From an uncultured virus (IMG/VR IMGVR_UViG_3300027156_000007) (lineage: Duplodnaviria > Heunggongvirae > Uroviricota > Caudoviricetes), in IMG/VR virus record IMGVR_UViG_3300027156_000007, positions 1 to 64,000 of that record: a DNA stretch of 64,000 nt; one strand, 5' to 3'. Of this stretch, positions 36,777 through 46,270 are shown one piece after another; position 1 is the first letter of the stretch, and every line of letters starts with the position of its first letter. Both the position numbers and the translations under genes were made by a program. The notes under the pieces were generated by a model. The model was not told where the DNA came from. It saw only the letters and a list, made by a program, of their open reading frames with translations, and did not search any database.

Positions 36777-37690
36777 GTGACATAAAAGAAATACTTCAAA
36801 ATATCGGGTATCAAAATCTTAAAGACTTCGGCGGCTGGTACAGAACTAGGCCGATCTATAGGAGTTCAGATAATGATACAGTTCTAGCAATCAATAAAAA
36901 TACTGGTTATTGGTATGACTATAAACTATGTCGAGGTGGTAAGTTAAGTGAATTAGTTCAAATCACACTTAATCTAAATGATCTAGATTATGCAGATAAG
37001 ATGCTCGCCGAGAAGTTTAACTTCACGGGAATTGTCGTAAACCAAGAAAAAAATACCATCAATCAAGTAAAGATTTACGATGAATCAATGCTCGTCAGTC
37101 TTGAAAAGAATCATGGATACTGGCTTAATAGAGGAGTCAAAGAAGAGATCGTAGCAGAGTTTAAAGGTGGAATAGCTAAAAAAGGAAACATGATTAATCG
37201 TTATGTTTTTCCTATTTACAATCCATCTGGTAAAATTGTAGGATTTAGCGGCAGAGCATTAGTTGATTCTAAACGTCCAGACTTTATCAAATGGAAGCAC
37301 CTTGGCACAAAGAAAGAATGGGTTTACCCAGCGTTCTTTAGCAAAGATACTATATCTGAAAGAGGTAGAGTTTTCCTGATTGAAAGCATTGGAGATATGT
37401 TAGCTTTATGGCAAGCTGGCTATAAGAACGTAATCATCACTTTTGGATTAGCAATATCTCCTAGAATAACAAAATTTTTATTAGAGAAGTCTGTTCAAGA
37501 AGTAGTTATTGCATTCAATAATGATTTTTTTAATAATTCTGCTGGTAATGAAGCGGCGAAAAAAGCAAAATCTAAACTCTTGATGTTCTTTGACGAGAAT
37601 CAAGTTAAGATAAAGCTGCCTCCCAAAAAAGATTTTGGATTAATGAGTAAAAATGAGATAGACTTATATATGAAGGAATTCAATGGATAA
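36773..37690 (+). CDS. dnaG: DnaG-like primase (TOPRIM)
   Basis: RYVFPI, VGFSGR, KWKH, LIESIGD and AFNND. Confidence 0.8.
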   Translation: MSDIKEILQNIGYQNLKDFGGWYRTRPIYRSSDNDTVLAINKNTGYWYDYKLCRGGKLSELVQITLNLNDLDYADKMLAEKFNFTGIVVNQEKNTINQVKIYDESMLVSLEKNHGYWLNRGVKEEIVAEFKGGIAKKGNMINRYVFPIYNPSGKIVGFSGRALVDSKRPDFIKWKHLGTKKEWVYPAFFSKDTISERGRVFLIESIGDMLALWQAGYKNVIITFGLAISPRITKFLLEKSVQEVVIAFNNDFFNNSAGNEAAKKAKSKLLMFFDENQVKIKLPPKKDFGLMSKNEIDLYMKEFNG

Positions 37691-38609
37691 AAAAGAAGTC
37701 TACCTATCTGCCTCGCGCATCAAGGCTCTTGAGACTTGTTCATGGTCTTACTATTGTAAGTATCATTTGAATATTCCTGAGAAGTCTAATTCAGGAGCAA
37801 AGCGTGGTACAATTTGTCATTTAATATTTGAACTGCTTCTTAATCCTCGTCATAAGAATCTTTATAAGAAAATTATTGCCTCTGCTGACCCTCTTTCTTG
37901 CGTTCCAATAAGTAGACTTGTAAAGAAACACGCTACAAAGGAAGGCATCAATAATCCTGAAGACATGGCTTTAATCAATAAAATGATTCTTGTCGGTCTT
38001 AAAAGCGACTTCTTTCCAAAGGGCGGCAATATTCAAAACCCAGAGTTTGAGTTTAAAATAGAAAGAGAAGGATATAAGGCTAGAGGCTTTATTGACCTTC
38101 CTATTCTTTATAAGAAAGAAAAGAAGAGTAAAATTAGAGATTACAAGTCTAGCAAGGCAAAATTCAAAGGTGAAGAGTTGACAGCTAATGTACAAGCCAT
38201 GCTATACTCTATCGCCTCTAAGATTTATTGGCCTGACTATGATCCAGAGGTAGAATTTGTATTTCTCAGATTTCCTAAAGAGCCAGTTCAGCCGGTAAAA
38301 TTTACTGATGATGAATTGCGTGGATTTGAGACATATCTTAAATACGTTTATGAGAAGGTAACTAATTTCACTGAGCAAGATGCAAAGCAGAATTTTGCCG
38401 CAGATGACGTAAAGAGCAAATGGCTTTGCCAAGCAGGAGCTACTTGGGTTTGCCCGTTTAAGAATGAGATGTGGTTTTATTCTATTTACGATAAGGACGA
38501 TAATTTTGTAAAGAGCTACTTTACCGCAGAAGAAGCTAAAGCAGCTAAAAAAGATGACACTCAAGTCATTAAAAAGTTTAAATACGAAGGTTGCCCTAGA
38601 TGGAAATAA
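37683..38609 (+). CDS. Cas4/RecB-like PD-(D/E)XK exonuclease
   Basis: LSASRI...C, RGTICH, RGFID, IRDYKSSK, QAMLY and C-terminal Cys residues. Confidence 0.8.
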   Translation: MDKKEVYLSASRIKALETCSWSYYCKYHLNIPEKSNSGAKRGTICHLIFELLLNPRHKNLYKKIIASADPLSCVPISRLVKKHATKEGINNPEDMALINKMILVGLKSDFFPKGGNIQNPEFEFKIEREGYKARGFIDLPILYKKEKKSKIRDYKSSKAKFKGEELTANVQAMLYSIASKIYWPDYDPEVEFVFLRFPKEPVQPVKFTDDELRGFETYLKYVYEKVTNFTEQDAKQNFAADDVKSKWLCQAGATWVCPFKNEMWFYSIYDKDDNFVKSYFTAEEAKAAKKDDTQVIKKFKYEGCPRWK

Positions 38610-38618
38610 CTCTTAATC

Positions 38619-39371
38619 ATGAAAATACTACCGCTTTTTAAAAGCCATTACAGCATAGGTAAGTCAATCTTAACTCTAGACAAAGCAGGTACTTCATCCA
38701 AAGAAGGATCTTCTTCAATCGTAGACATAGCTAAAGACAATAAACTGGAACAAATATTCTTAGTAGAAGAGAATATGAGTTCTTTTCTTGACGCTTTTAA
38801 GAACTTTAAGATTCCATTCTATTATGGTTTGAGGCTTGAATTATGCCCTGATATCAACGACAAGACAGAAGAGTCTCTTAAAAAGTCTAGTAAAATTATA
38901 GTCTTCGCAAAAAATGGAAGCGGCTATAAGAAACTAATCAAGATATTTAGTATTGCCGCCACAGATGGCTTCTATTATGTTCCAAGAATAGATGAAAAAA
39001 CCTTGACTCAAGAATGGGACGAGTCTAGCCTAAAGCTGTGTGTGCCTTTTTATGATTCGTTCTTGTTCAATAACACAATGAGTTATTCTTTGTGCTGCCC
39101 AGAATTAAAATTTACTAAACCTACGTTTCTAGTAGAGGATAACAATCTGCCTTTTGATCATATTGTAAAACAAAAAGTAATTAACTTTTGCAAAGACGAA
39201 TATGAAATAGTTCCTGCAAAAAGTCTTTACTACAATACGAGAGAAGATTTTAAATCCTACTTGACATTTAGATGCATTAACAACAGAACGACTCTTAATA
39301 AGCCAAATTTAGAACATATGTGTAGCGCAGAATTTAGCTTTGAAAGCTGGAAGGAGGCGAACGCTGTATGA
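38619..39371 (+). CDS. Stand-alone PHP domain of DNA polymerase III alpha
   Basis: FKSHYSIGKSI, YGLRL, FAKNGSGYKKLIKI and FYYVPRID match the DnaE N-terminus. Confidence 0.75.
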   Translation: MKILPLFKSHYSIGKSILTLDKAGTSSKEGSSSIVDIAKDNKLEQIFLVEENMSSFLDAFKNFKIPFYYGLRLELCPDINDKTEESLKKSSKIIVFAKNGSGYKKLIKIFSIAATDGFYYVPRIDEKTLTQEWDESSLKLCVPFYDSFLFNNTMSYSLCCPELKFTKPTFLVEDNNLPFDHIVKQKVINFCKDEYEIVPAKSLYYNTREDFKSYLTFRCINNRTTLNKPNLEHMCSAEFSFESWKEANAV

Positions 39372-40006
39372 TGGAAAATCTACTTCGTTACGATAAGGAT
39401 AAAGTTTACACTTTTATAGACTTAGAAACCGAGAATCTTTGTCTAAGTTTCATTAATAATCGCCCTTGGCAGTGTGGTATGATTAGAGTTAAGGGTAATG
39501 AGATTTTAGAAACCTCTGACATACATATCAAATGGGATAAACCAATTAATGTTAGCAAAGAAGCGGCAGTAATAACTCGCTTTGATCAGTACAAATATAA
39601 TAAAATTGCAGTACACTCAAGCGAAGCAATTAAAACAATTGATCAGTGGCTAGAAAAGTGCGATTATATCGTAGGTCACAATGTTCTTAATTTTGATATT
39701 TACTTGATAAAAGACTATTACGAGATGCACGGAAAAGAATGGAAGCATTTGGTTAATAAGGTTATCGACACAAACTGCCTAGCCAAAGGCATCAAATATG
39801 AGATCCCTTATTCTAAAGATATTAGCTTGATTGAATATCAGTACAGAATACTGAATGAAAGACGCAAAGGAGTAAAAACCAATTTAACTGCACTTGGCAA
39901 AGAATACGATATTGACCACGATTACGAAACCTTACACGACGCACTTAACGACTTACATTTAAACATCAAAGTATGGAACAAGCTCAAATTCCAGATCGCA
40001 ATATGA
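39368..40006 (+). CDS. DEDDh 3'-5' exonuclease (DnaQ/epsilon-like)
   Basis: FIDLETE, VGHNVLNFD, VIDT and LHDALND. Confidence 0.85.
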   Translation: MMENLLRYDKDKVYTFIDLETENLCLSFINNRPWQCGMIRVKGNEILETSDIHIKWDKPINVSKEAAVITRFDQYKYNKIAVHSSEAIKTIDQWLEKCDYIVGHNVLNFDIYLIKDYYEMHGKEWKHLVNKVIDTNCLAKGIKYEIPYSKDISLIEYQYRILNERRKGVKTNLTALGKEYDIDHDYETLHDALNDLHLNIKVWNKLKFQIAI

Positions 40007-42561
40007 ATTTTACTAAAGACTTTCAAAAATACGACCTTGGTTTGCATGGTCTTAGAATGCCTGTCTTTGAAATTGATCAAAGACATAAAGCTAGACTTAA
40101 TCTAGTCGCCGCTACTTCTAATTACGACTTCTTAAGGAGCCTAGCTAGAGAAGGATTTTATAAGCTTAATCTTGAAAAAGGTAGTGAGCTTTATAAGAGA
40201 TATGTTGATCGCGTTAATTATGAATTACAGATTCTACAAGAGCTTGAGTTCATTGATTATATTATCCTTATTTGGGATGTAATTAATTATTGCAGAGAAA
40301 ATAATATTCCTACTGGACCGGGAAGAGGATCTTGCGCTGGTTCACTTCTCTTATTTCTCATTGACGTAACCAAAATTGACCCCATTAAGTACGAACTGTT
40401 CTTTGAGCGTTTCATCTCTAAAGCTAGAGCAAAGAAAACAGTAATAGATGGAGTTACTTATTTTGATGGATCTTTATTCCCTGACGTTGACCTAGATATC
40501 TGTTATTATAATCGTCACAAAGTTATCAGTTATCTTGAAGAAAAGTTCAAAGGCAAGACTTCTAAAATCCTAACCCTTAACACCCTAAGCTCTAAACTCT
40601 GCATCAAGGAGTCAGGAAAAGTAGTGGCAGAAAAGCAGGAAAGCGAGATGAACGATGTTTCATCTTATATTCCAAAACTATTCGGACAAGTCAAGAGTCT
40701 TGAGGATGCAATTACAGAGAGCGAAAAGTTCGCAGAATGGGCAGGAAATAATGAAGAAGTTTATAAGATTGCCCTAAAACTTCAAAATCTTAATAAGAAT
40801 AAAGGCGTTCATCCTTCTGGTCTTTTGCTGGCCCACTCTCCTCTTGAAGAGTCTTGTCCGGTAGAGCTTTCTTCTGATAAGCAGATTGTCTCCAGCTATG
40901 ACATGAATAATGTTACAGCATATAATATTAAACTTGATCTTCTAGGTTTGAGAGGTGTTTCTGTTGTAGATGACGTTTGCAAATCTCTTGGTATTAGATA
41001 TGAGGACATTGATGTAAATGATGTTTTTATATATCAGCAACTACAAGATTTCAAATTACCTCATGGATTATTCCAAATTGAGGCAGAAACAAACTTCAAA
41101 GTCTGCCAAAAGGTAAAGCCAAAGAACCTTGAGCAATTAAGCGGCGTATTGGCTCTTGCTCGTCCCGGCGCACTTCAGTTCATTGATAAGTACGCCAACT
41201 ATACCAATAATGATCATTATGAAAGCATTCATCCTTTCTTTGATGACATCTTGGGCGTGACTGGAGGCGTTTGCTTGTATCAAGAGCAGTTGATGAAAAT
41301 GGTGAGCAAAGTTGGCTTTTCTCTTGATGAAGCAGAAATCGTTCGACGCTGCGTAGGCAAAAAGAAGGTCGAAGAGATGAAAGAATGGGAGCAGAAGATT
41401 AAAGATAAGATCTCTGAACAAAAGCTTGATCCCAAGATTGGCGAAGTTCTCTGGAGAATTGCTAACGACTCTGCTAATTACCAATTCAATAAATCCCATT
41501 CTGTAGCCTATGCCGCTCTTGCCGCAATCTCAATCTATCTAAAATTCAAATACCCCCAGCAGTTCTTCTTGTCTCTCCTAAAGATGAGCAAGCATGAACC
41601 AGATCCAATCGGAGAAATCTCCAAGATTGAAAAGGAACTTGTTTATTTTAATATTAAATTACTCCCTCCTCATCTAATAAAATCAAAGGAAGAGTTTTGC
41701 ATTGAAGGTGATGATATTCGATTTGGATTATTGTCAGTAAAAGGAATTAGCGAAAAAACTGTCAAAGCTGTCAATGAATTTAGGAAAGAATTTCAAAACA
41801 AGTTTGATATCTTTGAAACTGCATCTCAGGCTAACCTGAACATCGGAGTGCTTTGCGCCTTGATTCAAGCTGGTGCTTTAGATGGTGACTTCAAACAATC
41901 AAGAAGTAAAATAGTATATGAAGCTCAACTTTGGAACGTCTTAACTAATAAGGAAAAGATTAATGCCAAACTTTTTGGTGAGAATTTTGATTATGACTTA
42001 GTTAAAATTCTTCTTCACATGAAGGATAATAAAGATATCCAAGGCAAACCTTATATTAAAGAATCAAGACTTCAAACCTTACGAACGAAAGCAGATCCCT
42101 ATAAAAAGATCTATGAAATTAATAGCAAGTCGGAAAGTTTTGCTAATTGGTTTTATGAGAATTCTATTATCGGATATAGCGTCAGAAATAAATTAAGAGA
42201 AGTCTTCATTTCAAAGAAGGATGATCTGGTCTACATTAAAGACATTGCGGATTTCGCTGAGAAAGACGAGGTTTCATTTATTGGAGTCATTCAAGAGTGC
42301 AAGTCAGGAGTTTCAAGAGAGAAGAAGACTAGGTACTTCAAGATGCAAATCTCAGACGAAACCGCTTCGGTTAATGTCATGATCTTCTCAGATAAAATTG
42401 ACGATATGCAAAGCCTAAATAATAGGATGCCAAAAGAAGAAGATATCGTTATCGTTACTGGGCAGAAGTTTGGAGACTCTGTGTTTGCCAGACTTGTCGC
42501 TATTCAGACCCATACAGTTTACACTAAACTTTCTCAATTAAAAGCCGAAAAAAATAATTGA
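40003..42561 (+). CDS. dnaE: DNA polymerase III alpha catalytic subunit (PHP-less)
   Basis: GPGRGSCAGS, FERF, PDVDLD, GVHPSG, KLDLLGL, LYQEQLM, YQFNKSHSVAY and C-terminal OB fold; start at ATGA overlap 40003. Confidence 0.93.
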   Translation: MNFTKDFQKYDLGLHGLRMPVFEIDQRHKARLNLVAATSNYDFLRSLAREGFYKLNLEKGSELYKRYVDRVNYELQILQELEFIDYIILIWDVINYCRENNIPTGPGRGSCAGSLLLFLIDVTKIDPIKYELFFERFISKARAKKTVIDGVTYFDGSLFPDVDLDICYYNRHKVISYLEEKFKGKTSKILTLNTLSSKLCIKESGKVVAEKQESEMNDVSSYIPKLFGQVKSLEDAITESEKFAEWAGNNEEVYKIALKLQNLNKNKGVHPSGLLLAHSPLEESCPVELSSDKQIVSSYDMNNVTAYNIKLDLLGLRGVSVVDDVCKSLGIRYEDIDVNDVFIYQQLQDFKLPHGLFQIEAETNFKVCQKVKPKNLEQLSGVLALARPGALQFIDKYANYTNNDHYESIHPFFDDILGVTGGVCLYQEQLMKMVSKVGFSLDEAEIVRRCVGKKKVEEMKEWEQKIKDKISEQKLDPKIGEVLWRIANDSANYQFNKSHSVAYAALAAISIYLKFKYPQQFFLSLLKMSKHEPDPIGEISKIEKELVYFNIKLLPPHLIKSKEEFCIEGDDIRFGLLSVKGISEKTVKAVNEFRKEFQNKFDIFETASQANLNIGVLCALIQAGALDGDFKQSRSKIVYEAQLWNVLTNKEKINAKLFGENFDYDLVKILLHMKDNKDIQGKPYIKESRLQTLRTKADPYKKIYEINSKSESFANWFYENSIIGYSVRNKLREVFISKKDDLVYIKDIADFAEKDEVSFIGVIQECKSGVSREKKTRYFKMQISDETASVNVMIFSDKIDDMQSLNNRMPKEEDIVIVTGQKFGDSVFARLVAIQTHTVYTKLSQLKAEKNN

Positions 42562-42586
42562 TAAATCGCATTTTTTCAGGCAAAAT
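42558..42586 (+). promoter_or_regulatory. sigma70-like promoter
   Basis: TTGATA-17-CAAAAT, 9 nt before ATG 42596. Confidence 0.45.
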
Positions 42587-42595
42587 AATGTCTGA

Positions 42596-43180
42596 ATGAA
42601 CCTACAATTTTATAAGGGAAATGCAAAAGTAACTGGAACCGCTTGTTCTTTTCAAACAAAGGATACGTCCTTGTTTGTTAATTTTATCAAGCAGCACTCT
42701 TGGAACGAAGCTAAGAAGCTTGGATCTTTTCGTGAGAACGCAAAGAACCCAGAAAAGACTACTGTATTAAAGTTTAATGCAGTCGAAGCAGCAGGTATTG
42801 TAGACGCAATCAACAGAAATGCAGAATATAAGTTCTACCATACTGCTCCTAACTCAAACGCAATGGGCAAGTTTTGCCCTTATCTCAGAGATAACAATCA
42901 GATTGGATTTTCCTTTAATGCTTCAAAGGAGCAAAAGGGAGATTCAGTTAATAAAGTAAGCTTTTTGATTGGCTTTACTTTTGCAGAGGCAATTCTTGTT
43001 AAGGAGTTCTTGCAAGAGTTTATTAGAAACTCTTTTTATGCTCAAGACAAAGCTGCTTCAGCCCCAAAGGAGGCTCAAGAGGAGGAAGCTCCAAAGAAGC
43101 CAGCTTATAATAAAATCCAACTAAATCAAACTGCTGCACAAGCGGAAGCAGAGGCTCAAGCAGAAGAACTCGTATTCTAA
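42596..43180 (+). CDS. Hypothetical protein, possible ssDNA-binding
   Basis: Beta-rich core, Ala/Glu linker and acidic-hydrophobic tail EELVF; follows dnaE. Confidence 0.45.
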   Translation: MNLQFYKGNAKVTGTACSFQTKDTSLFVNFIKQHSWNEAKKLGSFRENAKNPEKTTVLKFNAVEAAGIVDAINRNAEYKFYHTAPNSNAMGKFCPYLRDNNQIGFSFNASKEQKGDSVNKVSFLIGFTFAEAILVKEFLQEFIRNSFYAQDKAASAPKEAQEEEAPKKPAYNKIQLNQTAAQAEAEAQAEELVF

Positions 43181-45087
43181 TGCGAAAGAAAAAGATAGTA
43201 ATTCAAACGGATTGGTGCCTCGCTAAAACTGGATTCGGTAGGGCGGCGAAGGAACTGGTCTCTTATCTGTACAACACAGGTAAGTATGATATTATCCATT
43301 ACTGCGGGGGAACCCAAGTGGGTTCTCCCGCTTTATCTAAGACTCCTTGGAAGAGTCTTGGAAGTGTCCCTACCGATCCCAATGAGATCAATAGGATTAA
43401 TGCCGATCCCGCCCTCGCTAGAGATGTATCCTATGGTTCTTATTACATTGATCAAGTAATCAAGGAAGAGAAGCCTGATATTTGGATTGGAGCGCAAGAT
43501 CCTTGGGCTTTTACTCAGTACTATAATAAACACTGGTACAAGAATATCACTTCTCTTCTTTGGGTTACTCTTGATTCTCTTCCAATCTATGATGAAGCTA
43601 TAAATCAAGCAAAGAAGTCTTCTCAATATTGGATTTGGAGTGAATTTGCTACAAAAGAAATGCATAAAATTGGCATCAATAATGCCAGAACAATGCATGG
43701 CCCTGTAAATCATTCTAAGTTCAGCTATTTAGGAGAAGAGAAAAAGAAACAACTTAAGGCTCGTTTTGGTCTCAGTGATTCTTATGTTGTAGGTTTCGTA
43801 TTTAGAAATCAACTTCGCAAATCTGTACCTAATCTCTTAGAAGGATTTAGAGACTTTGTTAAAAATCATCCTGATGTAAAAAACGCAAAGCTCTTACTCC
43901 ATACTCATTGGGGTGAAGGTTGGGACATTCATAAGCTTGCAGACGAATATCAAATAGATAAAAAAGATATCCATACAACTTATGTTTGTAATAAATGTAA
44001 AAATTACTTTGTAACTCCATTCCAAGGTCAAGAGTTAAAGTGTCCAGCTTGTAATTCTGATAAAAGCTGCTCTACCACAAATACTGGATTTGGCGTAAGC
44101 GAAGAGCAGTTGTGTGAGATTTATAATTTGATGGATGTGTATTGCCACCCATTTACTAGCGGTGGACAAGAAATTCCAATTCAAGAAGCTAAATATTGCG
44201 AACTAGTAACTTTAGTAACTAACTACAGTTGCGGAGAAGATATGTGTCACCCTGACGCTGCTTCTATTCCTCTTGAATGGTCAGAGTATAGAGAGCATGG
44301 TACTCAGTTTAGAAAAGCGTCTACTTATCCCCATTCTATATCAAATCAATTGTATCGCGCCTATAAGATGCCAGAGTCTGAAAGACGGCAGATGGGTCAA
44401 AAGGCTAGAAAATGGGCTATAGATAATTACTCTGTTCCTGTTATTGGAAAGTTATTCGAACAATACATTGATTCTATTCCTTTTACATCTTATGACTTCT
44501 CCTTAAAGGAAGAAGAAAAAGATCCTAATGCCAGCGTTCCAAATATCACTGAAAATGGAGAATGGCTAATCTTCATGTATCATAACATTCTGAAGATGAA
44601 GCAGGTCGATCAGAATGATGACGGATACAAGCATTGGATGAAGAAACTTTCTGAAGGAGAAAGCCGACAGAATATTGAAAACTATTTTCGCCAAGTAGCT
44701 GCACAAGAAAATCAAAAAAATAGAAAAATTGATTTCGAAGATATTCTAGATCCTGCTGATAAAGGAAAGAGAATTCTTTTTGTCATGCCAGAAAGCATTG
44801 GAGATATTTATCTTTGCACTTCTCTTCTAGAATCGATAAAAGAAACATACCCCAATTACAATTTATATTTTGCAACTAAAAAAGAATACTTCTCAGTAGT
44901 TGAAGGTAATCCTTATATACATAGAATTCTAGAATACATTCCTCAAATGGATAGTCTACTATGGCTAGAGGGACATGGCGACCATCAAGGTTATTTTGAG
45001 ATAGCTTTCTTGCCTCATATAGGAACTCAAAAAATGCTAAACTATCTTCATAACGGAAAAGATAAGATCGCATTCGATATTAAATAA
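43180..45087 (+). CDS. GT4 glycosyltransferase with Zn ribbon, DUF4214-like segment and GT9 N-lobe
   Basis: TGFGR, RNQLRK, CNKC/CPAC, GGQEIPIQEA, then ESIGDIYL...GNPYIH. Confidence 0.75.
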   Translation: MRKKKIVIQTDWCLAKTGFGRAAKELVSYLYNTGKYDIIHYCGGTQVGSPALSKTPWKSLGSVPTDPNEINRINADPALARDVSYGSYYIDQVIKEEKPDIWIGAQDPWAFTQYYNKHWYKNITSLLWVTLDSLPIYDEAINQAKKSSQYWIWSEFATKEMHKIGINNARTMHGPVNHSKFSYLGEEKKKQLKARFGLSDSYVVGFVFRNQLRKSVPNLLEGFRDFVKNHPDVKNAKLLLHTHWGEGWDIHKLADEYQIDKKDIHTTYVCNKCKNYFVTPFQGQELKCPACNSDKSCSTTNTGFGVSEEQLCEIYNLMDVYCHPFTSGGQEIPIQEAKYCELVTLVTNYSCGEDMCHPDAASIPLEWSEYREHGTQFRKASTYPHSISNQLYRAYKMPESERRQMGQKARKWAIDNYSVPVIGKLFEQYIDSIPFTSYDFSLKEEEKDPNASVPNITENGEWLIFMYHNILKMKQVDQNDDGYKHWMKKLSEGESRQNIENYFRQVAAQENQKNRKIDFEDILDPADKGKRILFVMPESIGDIYLCTSLLESIKETYPNYNLYFATKKEYFSVVEGNPYIHRILEYIPQMDSLLWLEGHGDHQGYFEIAFLPHIGTQKMLNYLHNGKDKIAFDIK

Positions 45088-45088
45088 T

Positions 45089-46261
45089 ATGCACCTTTTA
45101 GAGCAATATTCTCTAGCTTCTGGAGTTAAAATTAAGAAGCCTTATATCTACGAAAAATTTTTTCCTGTTACTGCTGACAAATATGTTACTTTTCACCCAA
45201 GCTCTAAGCCTTCAAAGACTTATGATTATTGGCAGGAAGTAATTAATCTTATTTCTCCTATTTTAAATGAAAAAGGCATAAAGATTATTCAGCTTGGACA
45301 AGAAAAAGAAAAGGTTTACAGTAATGTTTTAAGCTTCGTTGGTCTTACAAACATTAATCAGACCGCATTTATTTTAAGAGATTCTCTTCTTCATTTTGGA
45401 GCAGATAGCTTTCCAACTCATATCGCTTCTGGATATGGTAAAAAAATTGTTGCTTTATACTCTAACAACTATGTCAATTGTGTAAAACCATTCTTTGGCG
45501 ATCCTAAAGATCATGTTTTACTTGAACCAAAGAGAACGAACAAGCCAACATTCTCTTTTGAAGAAAATCCTAAGACAATTAATTCAATAAAGCCAGAAGA
45601 AATTGCGAACAATATTTTAAATCTCTTAGGGATTCCTCATGTAAATTCTATTCAAACCCTTTACTTTGGTGCTGAATATAATAACATGAGATTGGAAATG
45701 GTTCCCAATCAAATTGTAAATCCAAAGCAATTTAATTCTAATAATATTGTTGTTAGAATGGACTTGGAACACAATGAAAAATTCTTAAATGAACAACTGC
45801 AAGTCTGTCAATGTTTTATAATCACAGATAAACCAATTGACCCAAACATCATTGTTAACAATAGAAAGAATGTCGGAAGAATCTTTTACGAAATCAAAGA
45901 AAATGATAACATAGCATTTGCAGATTTCTTAGCTTATAGTAATATTTCTTATCAGCTATTTACTTATTTAGAAGGTAAAAAGCTAGAAGAAATTAAACTT
46001 AAGTATCTTGATCAAGAACATATTACTCAAATGCCAACTAACTTGAAAAAGAAAACCGGCATTGAGTACACTTCAAATGCTTTCTATAAATCGAACAAAC
46101 GATTAATTAGTAACGGAAAAGTTTATTTAAGCGAGTCTTCTTTGAAGAACGGAATTGAAGCCAAACAAATTGCGGAACCAGTGATTGACTGCCCAGAGTT
46201 TTGGAAAGAGGTTGAAAATTTTTGGATTTTTAGAGTTGATAAGTCTCCAGTTGCCGCATAG
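45089..46261 (+). CDS. GT9 C-lobe-like protein
   Basis: KTYDYW, IIQLG and HFGADSFPTHIAS...IVALY. Confidence 0.65.
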   Translation: MHLLEQYSLASGVKIKKPYIYEKFFPVTADKYVTFHPSSKPSKTYDYWQEVINLISPILNEKGIKIIQLGQEKEKVYSNVLSFVGLTNINQTAFILRDSLLHFGADSFPTHIASGYGKKIVALYSNNYVNCVKPFFGDPKDHVLLEPKRTNKPTFSFEENPKTINSIKPEEIANNILNLLGIPHVNSIQTLYFGAEYNNMRLEMVPNQIVNPKQFNSNNIVVRMDLEHNEKFLNEQLQVCQCFIITDKPIDPNIIVNNRKNVGRIFYEIKENDNIAFADFLAYSNISYQLFTYLEGKKLEEIKLKYLDQEHITQMPTNLKKKTGIEYTSNAFYKSNKRLISNGKVYLSESSLKNGIEAKQIAEPVIDCPEFWKEVENFWIFRVDKSPVAA

Positions 46262-46264
46262 TAT
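46236..46264 (+). promoter_or_regulatory. sigma70-like promoter (leaderless)
   Basis: TTGATA-17-TAGTAT, 6 nt before GTG 46271. Confidence 0.6.
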
Positions 46265-46270
46265 ACCTAT

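Noticed and set aside
37683..38609. CRISPR-Cas system suggested by the Cas4-like nuclease
   Set aside because: No repeat-spacer array or other cas genes seen; stand-alone Cas4-like nucleases are common in phage replication modules
13969..42561. Inteins or introns in nrdJ, recA, dnaB, dnaE
   Set aside because: Protein lengths and motif spacing leave no room for insertions; no C...HN splice signatures seen
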